A stretch of 64,000 nt of DNA from an uncultured beta proteobacterium. Lineage in GTDB: Bacteria > Pseudomonadota > Gammaproteobacteria > Burkholderiales > SG8-41. Each line of letters opens with the position of its first letter. The stretch's first letter is position 1. A program made the position numbers and the translations under genes. This document shows, in pieces, positions 41,323 through 51,844 of the stretch. The notes under the pieces are model-generated. The model did not search any database, was not told where the DNA came from, and was given only the letters and a program-made list of their open reading frames with translations. The stretch spans positions 70,086 to 134,085 of the forward strand of contig CAVZWF010000007.1 of the NCBI GenBank assembly GCA_963778865.1, given 5' to 3'.

Positions 41323-42214
41323 ATGGACCTCAGTGCATTCGCGATCCAGCTGTTCAGCGGGCTGTCGCGCGGCGATGGTGCTGTTCCTGCTGTCCGCCGG
41401 GCTGTCGCTGATCTTCGGCGTGATGAACATCCTCAACTTCGCGCACGCGACGCTGTGGCTGGTCGGCGGCTACGTCACCTACTCGATCTTCGAGTTCCTG
41501 AGCGGCCAGTTCGGCGCCAGTCCCGTGGCTGCTGCTGCCGGCGATCCTCGGCGCCACGGCGCGTGATGGCCGCGGCCGGGTTTGCGCTCGAGCGCTTACC
41601 TGATCCGGCGCACCTACGGGCGCGAGCTGCCCGAGCAGCTGCTGCTCACCTTCGCGCTGGTGCTGATCATCGGCGACCTGATCAAGCTCGTGTGGGGCGT
41701 CGAAAACCGCCGCATCAGCCTCGGCATCGAGCCGATCGAGATGCTCGATACCTTCGTCAATCCCTACCATTTCGTGATCATCGCGACCGGCGTCGCGGTC
41801 GCGTTCGGGCTGTGGTTTTTCCTGCACCGCACGCGCTTCGGCAAGATCGTGCGCGCCGCGGTCTACAGCCGCAACATGGTGAGCGCGCTCGGCATTCCGA
41901 TCCCGCTGATCTATTCCGGCGTGTTCGCGCTCGGGGTCGGGCTCGCCGCGTTCGCCGGCGGCGTGTTCCTGCCGCTGCTGCCGATGGCGCTCGGCGTCGA
42001 TCACGACATCATCGTGCAGTGTTTCGCGGTGGTGGTGATCGGCGGCTTCGGCAGCATGCTCGGCACCTTTGTCGCCGCGGTCATCGTCGGCGTCGTCTAC
42101 TCGTTCTCGATCCTGTTCTGGCCCGACGGCGCGCTGGCGATGGTTTTCCTGATCGTCATCCTGGTGCTGATCTGGCGGCCGTGGGGCCTGTTCGGCACCG
42201 AGCTGCGTTATTGA
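41323..42214 (+). pseudogene. Branched-chain amino acid ABC permease, LivH-like; several frame changes in the first third
   Basis: MDLSAFAIQLFSGLSRG.. , ..AMVLFLLSAGLSLIFGVMNILNFAHATLWLVGGYVTY.. , and then ORF 41582-42214, ..LLLTFALVLIIGDLIKLVWG..IVQCFAVVVIGGFGSMLGTF... Confidence 0.8.
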
Positions 42215-42223
42215 GCGATCGAC

Positions 42224-43268
42224 GTGAGCGACCCGACAACAGCAGGCTGGTGGTCGCGGCTCTACGCCGGTTACGGCTTGTCCGGACCGGTCGCGCTCGT
42301 ACTGTTCGTGCTCTTCCTGCTGGTGCCGCTGCTGCCGGGCAAGTTCTGGACCATCGTTTCGACCGAGATCCTGATCCTCGGCCTGTTCGCGATGAGCTTC
42401 AACCTGCTCTACGGCTACATGGGGCAGATCTCGTTCGGGCACGCCGCGTTTTTCGGCCTCGGCGCCTACGCCACGGCGATGGTATTCACCCGCTTCAAGA
42501 CCGCCGGCGGCGAAATCGCGACGCTCGATTTCTTCCTGTCGCTGCTCGCCGGCCCGCCGGTCGCCGCGCTCGGCGCGCTGATCGTCGGCTTTTTCTGCGT
42601 GCGGCTGACCGGCATCTACTTCGCGATGCTGTCGCTCGCGTTCGGCGAACTGCTGTTCTACATCGTGTTCTCCTGGTACAGCTTCACCAAGGGCGACGAC
42701 GGCATCCAGGGCCTGCTGCCGCCGCTCTTACTTCCAGGACGCGGTCCACTACTACTACCTGACGCTGGCGATCGTGATCGCGGCGCTGCTGCGTGATGTG
42801 GCGCATCACCGAGTCGCCGTTCGGCTACATCATGCGCACGCTGCGCGACAACCAGCGGCGGGCGGCGTTTCTCGGCATCAACGTGCGCCTGCACATGCTG
42901 GTGAATTTCGTGATTGCCGGCGCCTTCGCCGGACTCGCCGGCGCGTTGTGGGGACCGTTTTCGCGCAGCGTGTCGCCGGGGCTGCTCGGCTGGCAGGAGT
43001 CCGGCATCGCGGTGTTCATGACGCTGATCGGCGGCGCGGGCTCGTTCATGGGGCCGCTGCTGGGGTCGGTGATCTACACCTTCCTGCAGGCGGTGGTCAC
43101 CATGTTCACGATCTATTGGCCGCTGACCATCGGCACCATCATTCTGCTGATCGTGCTGTTCGTGCCGGGCGGCGTGCTCGGCCTGGTGGAAAAGCGCATC
43201 AAGGCGCGCCAGGGCGCGGCTGCGGCGATACCGGCGACGGCCGCGCGCGCCGGGACGGAAGAGCATAG
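42224..43268 (+). pseudogene. Branched-chain amino acid ABC permease, LivM-like; frame change near 42730, stop uncertain
   Basis: ORF 42224-42796 reads ..ILILGLFAMSFNLLYGYMGQISFGHAAFFGLGAYATAM... It continues in ORF 42793-.. as ..WRITESPFGYIMRTLRDNQRRAAFLGINV..GGAGSFMGPLLGSVIY... TAG at 43266-68 is reachable only after a further shift. Confidence 0.75.
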
Positions 43269-43270
43269 CC

Positions 43271-44022
43271 ATGGCGGCGATACTCGAAGTCACCGACCTG
43301 CACAAGCACTTCGGCGGGATCCACGTGACGCGGCAACGTCAACTTCTCGCATGGAGGAAGGCGAGCAGTCGGCGATCATCGGACCGAACGGCGCCGGCAA
43401 GAGCACGTTCATGAATCTGCTCACCGGCTATCACCGCTGCGATGCCGGCAAGGTGGTGTTCGAAGGGCAGGACATCACCAACCGGCCGCCGCACTGGATC
43501 GCGCGCATGGGAATTTCGCGCGCGTTCCAGGTCAGCAGCATCTTCGCCAGGATGACGGTCGCCGAGAACGTGCGCTCGGCGGTGCACGCGCAGATGCGGC
43601 AGTCGTTCAGCATCTTCGGCGTCGCCGGCCGCATCGGCAGCGACGAAACCGACCGCGTGCTCGCGCTGTGCGGGCTCGAGGGCAAACGCGATCTCGTCGC
43701 CGGTGAGCTGGCGCAGGGCGACAAGAAGCGCCTCGAACTCGCGATCGCGCTCGCGGGCAAGCCGCGCCTGCTGTTTCTCGACGAGCCGACCGCCGGCATG
43801 TCGATCGACGAGGCGCGCAGCACGATGGAACTGGTCGACCGGCTCAATCGCGAACTCGGGCTCACCGTGCTGTTCACCGAGCACGACATGGGCATCGTGT
43901 TCAACCACGCGCGCAAGCTCACGCTGCTGCATCGCGGCGAAATCGTGGTGCAGGGCACGCCCGCGGAAGTGCGCGCGAACGAAACCGCGCAGAAGGTCTA
44001 TCTCGGCGAGCATCACGTATGA
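43271..44022 (+). pseudogene. ABC ATPase, LivG-like; frame change near 43335
   Basis: MAAILEVTDLHKHFGGIHVT.. (ATG 43271) shifts to ..MEEGEQSAIIGPNGAGKSTFMNLLTG..LAQGDKKRLELAIALAGKPRLLFLDEPTAGM... Confidence 0.85.
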
Positions 44023-44733
44023 CGAGCCGTCTGGAGCTGCGCAACGTTCACACGCATTACGAAACGAGCCACATCCTGTTCGATGTGTCGCTCGAGGTGA
44101 ACGCAGGGCGAATCGGTGTGCCTGCTCGGGCGCAACGGCGCCGGCAAGACCACGACGCTGAAGAGCATCATGTCGCTCGCGCCGGCGAGCGCGGGCAGCA
44201 TCCGCTTCAACGGCGTCGACCTGGTGGGGCGCGCGCCCTACGAAATCGCGCGGCTGGGCGTCGGCTACGTGCCCGACGAGCGCCTGATCTTTCCCGACCT
44301 GACGGTGCGCGAGAACCTCGAGATCGCGATCAAGCGGGGCGCCGACGGCGCGCCGGCGGCATGGACGGTGGAGCGGATCTACGAGCTGTTTCCGGTGCTG
44401 CAGCCGCTCGATGCGCGCCTCGGCGGTTATCTCTCGGGCGGCGAGCAGCAGATGCTGACCATCGGCCGCACGCTGATGGGCAATCCGTCGCTGCTGCTGC
44501 TCGACGAGCCGGTGGAAGGCGTGGCGCCGGTGGTGGTGCAGGAACTGACGCGCCAGATCAAGGCGCTGAAGACGATGGGGCTCACCATCCTGTTTGCCGA
44601 GCAGAACATGCATTTCGCGACCGAGATCTCCGACCGCGCCTACGTGATCGAGAAAGGCCGCATCCGTTTTCAGGGCACGATGCAGGAGCTGGCGGCCAAC
44701 GACGAAGTCAAGCAGAAGTATCTGATGATCTGA
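44019..44733 (+). pseudogene. ABC ATPase, LivF-like; frame change near 44105
   Basis: MTSRLELRNVHTHYETSHILFDVSLEVNAG.. shifts to ..VCLLGRNGAGKTTTLKSIM..LSGGEQQMLTIGRTLMGNPSLLLLDEPVEG.. (ORF 44116-44733). There is an ATGA overlap with the LivG-like gene. Confidence 0.85.
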
Positions 44734-44769
44734 CCGGCGCGCGCGGCGGCGCCGGCGAGGAGCTCAAAC

Positions 44770-46077
44770 ATGCATTGCTGTCAATATTACATGGCCACCG
44801 GTGACGGCGATCCGTCGTTTACCGTCGATGTTCCGCAGTTCACCTTCGGCGCCGGCTGCCTAGCCGAAGCCGGCGCCCACGCCAAAGGTCTGGGCTTGAA
44901 GCGCGTGGCGTTGTTTACCGATCCGCGCGTCGCCCGGCTGCCACACCTCAACACCGTCAAGCAATCACTGGCGAGTGCGGGCGTTGATTGCGCGGTTTAC
45001 GACGAAGTGTCGGTCGAGCCGAGCGACGCGTCGCTCAAGGCGGCGGCGAAATTCGCCTCTGCGGGCAACTTCGGCGGTTTCGTATCGGTGGGCGGCGGTT
45101 CGGTGATGGATACCTGCAAGGCGGCGAATCTGTATGCAACGTACCCGGCGGATTTTCTCGCCTACGTCAACGCGCCGATCGGTGGCGGCCAACCGGTGCC
45201 GGGGCCGCTCAAACCGCACATCGCGTGCCCGACGACCAGCGGCACCGGCAGCGAGTGCACCGGCATCGCGATCTTCGATTTACTGTCGATGAAGGCCAAG
45301 ACCGGGCTCATGAGCCGGCGCATGATACCGACCGTGGCGCTGGTCGACCCGCTCGTCACGCGTACGCTACCGCCGACCATCGTCGCGGCGAGCGGTTTCG
45401 ACGCGATGAGCCACGCGCTGGAGTCATTCACCGCCCGCTCGCATGCGGCGCGCAGCCGCACCGGCATTGCCAGTCAGCGTCCGATGAACCAGGGCGCGAA
45501 CCTGTGGAGCGACATGGGCGCGCGCGAAGCGTTGCGCTTGATCGGCCACTACCTGGTACGCGCCGTGAAGGACCCTGCCGACGAGGAGGCGCGGGCCAAC
45601 ATGATGTATGCGGCGATGGTTGCCGGCATGACGTTCAGCAACGCCGGATGCCATCTGCCGCATGGCATGTCGTACGCGGTGTCGGGACTGGTGCGCGAAT
45701 TTCGCGCGCCCGACTATCCGCCCGCGGAACCGATGGTGCCGCACGGCATGTCGGTGATGTTGAATGCGCCCGCGGTTTATCGCTTTACGGCGCCGGCGTG
45801 TCCGGATCGCCACCTCGAGGGCGCGCAGTGCCTCGGCGCCGACATGCGCGGCGCGGAGCCGGCCGACGCGGGCGAGGTGCTTGCCAAACATCTGATCAAG
45901 ATGATGCAGGCGACCGATTTCCCGGGCGGGCTCGAATACGTCGGTTACAGCGCGCGCGACGTCGACGCGCTCACCGACGGCGCCTACCCGCAACAGCGCG
46001 TGATCAAGAATGCGCCGCGCGACGTGAGCAAGGATGAATTGCGCGGCATTTTCCGCAATGCAATGCGTTACTGGTAA
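44770..46077 (+). CDS. Iron-containing alcohol dehydrogenase family, hydroxyacid-oxoacid transhydrogenase-like
   Basis: Intact 435-aa ORF reading ..FVSVGGGSVMDTCKAANLY..PHIACPTTSGTGSECTGIAIFD..AASGFDAMSHALESF..NAGCHLPHGMSY... Confidence 0.8.
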   Translation: MHCCQYYMATGDGDPSFTVDVPQFTFGAGCLAEAGAHAKGLGLKRVALFTDPRVARLPHLNTVKQSLASAGVDCAVYDEVSVEPSDASLKAAAKFASAGNFGGFVSVGGGSVMDTCKAANLYATYPADFLAYVNAPIGGGQPVPGPLKPHIACPTTSGTGSECTGIAIFDLLSMKAKTGLMSRRMIPTVALVDPLVTRTLPPTIVAASGFDAMSHALESFTARSHAARSRTGIASQRPMNQGANLWSDMGAREALRLIGHYLVRAVKDPADEEARANMMYAAMVAGMTFSNAGCHLPHGMSYAVSGLVREFRAPDYPPAEPMVPHGMSVMLNAPAVYRFTAPACPDRHLEGAQCLGADMRGAEPADAGEVLAKHLIKMMQATDFPGGLEYVGYSARDVDALTDGAYPQQRVIKNAPRDVSKDELRGIFRNAMRYW

Positions 46078-46132
46078 GGTGCGGGTTCGGCGGGTTTTTG
46101 CTTAAATAGGGTGTTTAAAAGGAGGAGCAGCC

Positions 46133-47422
46133 ATGAAACAGCGGGTGAAAGTGTGGTTAGGTGCCGCGTTAGCGGTGTTCGGCATGACGTCGGTGGCAAT
46201 CGCGCAGGCGCAGCAGCCGCTCAAGATCGGCATCGTCACTTTCCTGTCGGGGCCGGCGGCCGGGCCGTTCGGCGTGCCGGCGCGCAACGCGGCCGAGGTG
46301 CTGTTCGAGAACCTGAATGCCGGCAAGCGTGCCCGCGCCGTACGCGACCAAGGGCTTCGGCGGCGCGACGGTCGAGATCGTGTTCATCGACGAGGCCGGC
46401 CGCACCACCAAGCAGGTCGCCGAGTTCCGCAATCTCGTGCAGCGCGTCGACCTCGTGATCGGCTACATCTCGAGCGGCAACTGCCTGGCGGTCGCGCCGG
46501 TCGCCGAGGAACTGAAGAAGCTCACCGTGTTCTTCGACTGCGGCACGCCGCGCATCTTCGAGGACGCCAGCCTACAAGTACGTGTTCCGCACCACGGCCG
46601 ACGCGACCATGGACAGCGTCGGCGCTGCGCTCTACGTGCTCGACCGCAACCCGAAGCGTGAAGACCATCGCCGGCCTCAACCAGAACTACGCCTGGGGCC
46701 AGGACTCGTGGAACGACTTCGAGGCCGGCGATGAAGGTGCTCAAGCCCGGCGTCGAGGTGAAGACCTCGCAGATGCCCAAGCTCTTCGCCGGCCAGTTCG
46801 GCGCCGAGATCTCGACGCTGCTCTCGAGCAACGCCGACGTGATCCATTCGAGCTTCTGGGGCGGCGACCTCGAGGCGCTGATCCTGCAGGCCGGGCCGCG
46901 CGATCTCTTCAAGAAGAGCACCGTCGTGCTGACGACGGGCGAGACCGCGATGTTCAAGCCTGGCGCGACAAGATCCCCGACGGCACGGTGATCGGCGCGC
47001 GCGGCCCGTACGGCGTACTCGCGCCGGCGACCGAGCTGAACAAGTGGTTCCGCGCCGACGTATCAGGACGCGCTACCAGGTGCCGCCGAACTATCCCGTC
47101 CTACCAGATGGCGCAGGCGATACTCGGCATCAAGACGGCCTACGAGAAGGCGCAGGCGGCGAACGGCGGCAACGCGCCGACGCAGGACCAGATCATCGCC
47201 GCGTTCGAGAATCTGACTTTCGAGGCGCCGAGCGGCACGGTGCAGCATGGCGATCGGCAAGGGCCATCAGGCGGTGCAGGGCACCGCCTACGGCACGACC
47301 AAGCTCGTCGAAGGGACAGACTCACGATCACCAACGTCAAGCGCTATCCCGCGGAAAAGGTGAATCCGCCCGACGGCGTGAAAAGCGAGGACTGGATCAA
47401 GTCCGGCTTCAAAGCGAAATAA
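46133..47422 (+). pseudogene. Leu/Ile/Val-binding-protein-family ABC substrate-binding protein 2; the most heavily disrupted gene (about 8 frame changes)
   Basis: MKQRVKVWLGAALAVFGMTSVAIAQAQQPLKIGIVTFLSGPAAGPFGVPARNAAEV.. , then ORF 46317-46661 (..ATVEIVFIDEAGRTTKQVAEFRNLVQRVDLVIGYISSGNCLAVAP..) and ORF 46731-46991. The last pieces are ..DKIPDGTVIGARGPYGVLAP..SYQMAQAILGIKTAYEKA..LTITNVKRYPAEKVNPPDGVKSEDWIKSGFKAK. Confidence 0.75.
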
Positions 47423-47462
47423 CTTCGTTGTGCAAATCGGGGGTAGCGCTCACTTGACCATT

Positions 47463-47522
47463 CCGGGAACGCCGTGGCCGCGATTTATTTGAATTTCTTC
47501 GCGTCCCTGGCGTCCTTGGCGG
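47463..47522. repeat. Family B repeat copy (9-nt periodic arm) with a degenerate inverted partner
   Basis: TTTCTTCGCGTCCCTGGCGTCCTTGGCGG (47494-47522) aligns with the right arm of the 21917-22019 element. Upstream, CCGGGAACGCCGTGGCCGCGA is a weak complement. Confidence 0.6.
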
Positions 47523-47549
47523 CAAAGCTTTTGCTGCTTGTCCGCGCCG

Positions 47550-48449
47550 ATGTCTGATCTCCTCGCCGTCGTCGTCGACGGCATCATCTACTCGTCGTGG
47601 CTCTTCATCATGGCGGCCGGGCTCACGCTGATTTACGGCGTGATGAAGATCCTCAACATCGCCCACGGCAGCCTCTACGCGCTGGGCGCCTACCTCGCGG
47701 CGTCGCTCGTCGGCTGGTGGCTCGCCGGCGGGCATGCGCCGCTTTGGCAGTTACGCGATGCTGGCGCTCGCTGCGCTGACGGTCGGGCTCGTGATGGGGC
47801 CGCTGCTCGAGCGCGGGATTGCTGCGCCTCATGTACGGCCGCGACGAGGTGGTGCTGCTGCTCATCACCTACGCGGTGTTCCTGATCCTCGAGGACGTGA
47901 TCAAGCTCGTCTGGGGGGTCGATTCGCTGTACGTTTCGCAGCCGTACGATCTCCTGGGCAACTTCGACATCGGTGAGCTGAGCTATCCGGTCTACAACGT
48001 GGTGCTCGTGGGCGCGGCGGTGATTACCGGCATTGCGATCGCGTGGACGCTCAACAGCACGCATCCACGGCAAGATGCTGCTGGCGGTGATCCACGACCG
48101 CGAAATCAGCGGCGCGATGGGCATCAATGTCGACCGCGTTTATCTCGTCACGTTTACGGTCGGCACCATGCTCGCGGCGATCGGCGGTGCCGTGACGGCG
48201 CCCACTCTCGCGGTATCGGCCGGCATGGGCGTCGAAGTGATCGTGCTTTCGTTCGCGGTGGTGGTGATCGGCGGACTCGGCAGCCTGGGGGGTGCTGCAC
48301 TCGGCGCGCTGATCGTCGGCATCGTGCGCTCGGCCGCGGTGCATTACTGGCCTGCGGTCGAGTTGTTCAGCGTTTACTCGGTGATGGCGATGGTGCTGAT
48401 CGCGCGGCCTAAAGGGCTTTTCTCGATTGCCGAGGCGCGCAAAATATGA
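47550..48449 (+). pseudogene. Branched-chain amino acid ABC permease 2, LivH-like; about 3 frame changes
   Basis: MSDLLAVVVDGIIYSSWLFIMAAGLTLIYGVMKILNIAHGSLYALGAYLAA.. , then ORF 47819-48412 (..LLLITYAVFLILEDVIKLVWG..) and ORF 48033-48449 (..VIHDREISGAMGINVDRVY..SFAVVVIGGLGSLGGAALGA..). Confidence 0.8.
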
Positions 48450-49382
48450 CGGACCACACCGTGCGCGTGCTGCTGGGTGTCGCAGCACTTCTGCTCGCCG
48501 GTATGCCGTTCATGCCGCAGTGGCTGATGTTCCTGATCACGCTGGCGCTTGCCAAGGGTCTGGTGGTGCTCGGCCTCGTATTGCTGATGCGCACCGGGCT
48601 CGTGTCGTTCGGCCAGGGGTTGTATTACTGCCTGGGCGCGTATGCGGCAGCACTCCTCGATCACGCGGCGGGCATCCACGACGCGGCGCTGATGCTCGTT
48701 GCCGCACTGGCCGTGCCGGTCGCCGTCGCGCTGGTGCTGGGCCTTTTGCTTGCGAGCTACCGCGGCATCTTCTTCGCCATGTTGAGCATGGCGTTCTCGA
48801 TGATCGTATTCGGCCTTTTGATCAAGACCTCGGCGCTGGGCAGCAGCGACGGGTTCAACGTGGCTACGCGGTCGATTTTCGGAATTGCAATCGCGGAGCG
48901 GCAACAATGGCCGTGTATTTCTGGCCGCGACCGTGTTCCTGTCCGTCGTCTCCGCCATCGCACTGCATCGCTATCTGAATTCGCACCGCGGCCGGCTGTC
49001 GGCGGCCGTGCGCGACAACGAACTGCGCGTCGAGTATCTCGGCGCCTCGGTGCGCAATGTCGTGCACCTGAATTACGTGATCGCCGCGGCGCTCGGCGGC
49101 ATCGGCGGCGGGCTCACCGCGCTCGCGGTCGGGCACATCGATCCCGACATGGCGTACTGGACGACCTCCGGCGAATTCGTGTTCGTCGCGGTTTTGTCCG
49201 GCACCGGCAACGTGCTGGCGCCGTTTTTCGGCTCGGTGATTTTCGAAGCGATCCGCACGCTCGCCAACCAGTATGCGCCCAACGTCTGGCAGATGACGCT
49301 GGGCATCGCGATGCTCGCGATCATCATGTTCCTGCCGGCCGGGCTGTGGGCGGTGTTCCGGCGCAAGGCGCGGCCGGCATGA
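48446..49382 (+). pseudogene. Branched-chain amino acid ABC permease 2, LivM-like; frame change near 48900
   Basis: MTDHTVRVLLGVAALLLAG..LLMRTGLVSFGQGLYYCLGAYAAALL.. shifts to ORF 48885-49382, ..SAAVRDNELRVEYLGASVRNV..SGTGNVLAPFFGSVIFE... There are ATGA overlaps at both ends. Confidence 0.8.
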
Positions 49383-50135
49383 GCGCGATCCTCGAAGCGC
49401 GCGGTCTGTGCAAAAGCTTCGGCGCGGTGGTCGCCGCGGCGGACATCAATGTCAGCGTCGAGAGCGACAGCGTGACCGGCCTGATCGGCAGCAACGGCGC
49501 CGGCAAGACCACTTTCATCAACATGGTGACCGGCTACCTGAAGCCGGGCGCCGGCACCATCCGGTTCGACGGCCACGACATCACGCTGCTCGCGCCGCGC
49601 CGCATCACGCAGCTCGGCATCGCGCGCTCGTTCCAGATCCCGCAGCTCTTCAATTCGCTGACGGTGCGCGACAACCTGCTCGCCGCGGTCGGCATCGTCG
49701 TCGCGGCCGCGGCGCGGTGGGCGCACGGCGCGATCACGCGCGAACGCGCCGGCACCGTGACCGACGACATCCTCGACCGCTTCGGCCTTGACGCGTATCG
49801 CGACAAGCCCGCCGGCGTGCTGCCCGAAGGCGTGCGCAAACTGCTCGACATCGCGATGGCGCTGGTGGTCAAGCCCAGGATCCTGCTGCTCGACGAGCCG
49901 ACGAGCGGCGTGTCCGCCGACGAGAAGTTCGGCATCATGGACGTCGTCATGCGCGCGGTTGAAGGCCGACCGCGTGACGGTGTTGTTCGTCGAGCACGAT
50001 ATGGACATCGTCAGCCGCTACGCCGGGCGCGTGCTCGCGTTTTACGACGGACGCATCATCGCCGACGGCGCGCCGGGCACGGTGCTGAAGGACGACGAGG
50101 TGCGCAAGTACGTGATCGGGGAAGACCGTGCATGT
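49379..50135 (+). pseudogene. ABC ATPase 2, LivG-like; frame change near 49960, stop not resolved
   Basis: MSAILEARGLCKSFGAVVAAADINVSVESDSVTGLIGSNGAGKTTFINMVTG..LLLDEPTSGV.. shifts to ..DRVTVLFVEHDMDIVSRYAGRVLAFYDGRIIADGAPGTVLKDDEVRKYVIGE (ORF 49788-50192). Confidence 0.8.
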
Positions 50136-50782
50136 TGCGCATTGACAGCCTCGACGTTGCGATCGAATCGGTGGGCATCCTGCGCGGCGTGAACCTGGCC
50201 GTCGGCGCGGGACGCTTCGCCGGGCTCATCGGCAGGAACGGCGCGGGCAAGACCACGCTGATGCGCAGCATCATGGGCATTCTGGCGTGGCGCGCGGGCG
50301 GCATCGAATTCGACGGCAGACCGCTGGCGGGCGTGCCGACCCACGCGCGCGCGCAGCTCGGCATCGGCTACATGCCGGAAGACCGCCGCCTGATTCCCGA
50401 ACTGACGGTCGAGGAAAACGTGCTGCTGCCGGCGTGGTCGACGCGTGCGCCGGATGCCGGCGCGCGGCTCGAGCGCGTCTACGCGATGATTCCCGAGGTC
50501 GGCAATTTCGCGCAGCGCAAGGCATTGCAGCTCTCGGGCGGGCAGCAGAAGCTGGTCGCGCTCGCGCGCGCGCTGATGTGCGGCGACAAGCTGTTGCTGC
50601 TCGACGAACCGTTCGAAGGCGTGGCGCCGGTGCTCGCGCGCCGCCTCGCCGAGGTGATCGCCGGATTGAAACGCGCCGGGCTGACGGTGATACTGTCCGA
50701 GTCGAGCGTGACCCACGCACGCGAATTGCTCGACGACATATTCGTGATCGATCGCGGCGTGGTCGCGCGCAGCCCGGCCTGA
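50132..50782 (+). CDS. ABC ATPase 2, LivF-like
   Basis: It reads in one frame inside ORF 48446-50782: MLRIDSLDVAIESVGILRGVNLAVGAGRFAGLIGRNGAGKTTLMRSIMG..LSGGQQKLVALARALMCGDKLLLLDEPFEG... Confidence 0.8.
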   Translation: MLRIDSLDVAIESVGILRGVNLAVGAGRFAGLIGRNGAGKTTLMRSIMGILAWRAGGIEFDGRPLAGVPTHARAQLGIGYMPEDRRLIPELTVEENVLLPAWSTRAPDAGARLERVYAMIPEVGNFAQRKALQLSGGQQKLVALARALMCGDKLLLLDEPFEGVAPVLARRLAEVIAGLKRAGLTVILSESSVTHARELLDDIFVIDRGVVARSPA

Positions 50783-50812
50783 CGGCGCCGGCCTCAAGCG
50801 GATATACCTCAG

Positions 50813-51737
50813 GTGCGCCGCTCGCCGTTTTTTCCGTACGCGCTGCTCGCGATTGCCGTGCTGCTGTGGGCCGGCAACTGGGTGTTCGCGCGCGCGCTGC
50901 GCTTCGATGCGCCGCCGGTGGCGCTCGCGTTCTGGCGCTGGGTCGTCGCGCTCGTCATCCTGTCGCCGCTCGCGTATGCCGCACGTCCGCCGCCATTGGC
51001 ACGTCGTGTTGCGCTCGTGGCGTGTGCTGTGCCTGCTGGCATTGCTGGCCACCGTATTGAATCACATACCCGTGTACATCGGGTTGCGGGCGACCACGGC
51101 AATCAACGGCGCATTGCTGAACTCCGCGACGCCCGTTGTGATCTTCATACTGTCGCGCGTGCTGGTCGGCGAGCGCGTGGCCGTCATGCAGGCGCTGGGC
51201 GTCGCGATTTCGCTTGGCGGAGTGGTTACTATCGTCGCGCGCGGCGACATTGCGGTGCTTGCCACGTTGCAACTCAATGACGGGGATTTGTGGGTGTTGG
51301 TGGCGACATTCGCGTGGGCCGTTTACACGGTAGTTTTGCGCTGGCGGCCGGCGGAACTCAATCCGCTCGCCCTGTTGTGGACGGTCTCGGCGATAGGCGT
51401 GGTCGCCATGCTGCCGTTATACGGTTGGGAAATGGCCGCCGGCCGCACGTTGCACGTGACGCCGACCGTCGTGGCCGGTATCGCCTACATGGGCGCGTTG
51501 GCGACAGTCGTTGCGTACGTATTCTGGGACCATGCAGTGCAGCAGGTCGGGCCGAATCGCGCCGGGCCGTTTATGCACCTCATGCTCGTGTTCACGCCGC
51601 TGCTCGCGATCGTCTTTCTGGACGAACGCCTGCATCTTTATCATTTCATCGGTTGCGCGCTGATACTGAGCGGAATTTACCTGACAGCGAGCGGCCAATC
51701 CCGTGCGGCGCGGATTGAGGGGCCGACGAAGGTATAA
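50813..51737 (+). pseudogene. EamA/DMT-family transporter; one frame change near 50980
   Basis: MRRSPFFPYALLAIAVLLWAGNWVFARALRFDAPPVALAFWRWVVALVIL.. is in ORF 50813-51280. It then shifts to ORF 50853-51737, ..LLNSATPVVIFILSRVLVGERV..GDLWVLVATFAWAVYTVVLR..CALILSGIYL... Confidence 0.8.
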
Positions 51738-51763
51738 CCCGCTAAGCGCGCTATCCAGCGCAA

Positions 51764-51777
51764 TGTAAGCGCTTCCA
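51764..51777. promoter_or_regulatory. Candidate LacI/GalR-family operator
   Basis: TGTAAGCGCTTCCA has 12 of 14 positions palindromic, a central CG and the AANCGNTT core. It lies 68 bp upstream of the Xsc-like ATG. Two LacI-family genes lie 5-7 kb downstream. Confidence 0.45.
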
Positions 51778-51844
51778 AAATCGTTGCCACCGCGCTAAAC
51801 TGCGCCCCTCCAATCCCCGAATTTTTCCGCCGCCAGGAGCCGCC

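Noticed and set aside
42793-44022. 409-aa ORF apparently fusing the LivM C-terminus to LivG
   Set aside because: The junction region (..EEHSHGGDTRSHRPAQALRRDPRDAATSTSRMEEGE..) is out-of-frame LivG N-terminus. A proper ATG (43271) opens MAAILEVTDLHKHFGG.. one frame over.
48446-50782. 778-aa ORF suggesting a LivM-LivG-LivF fusion protein
   Set aside because: Only the LivM N-terminus, most of LivG and LivF are in this frame. The segments between are out-of-frame read-through. Internal ATGA start/stop overlaps at 49379 and an ATG at 50132 mark separate genes.
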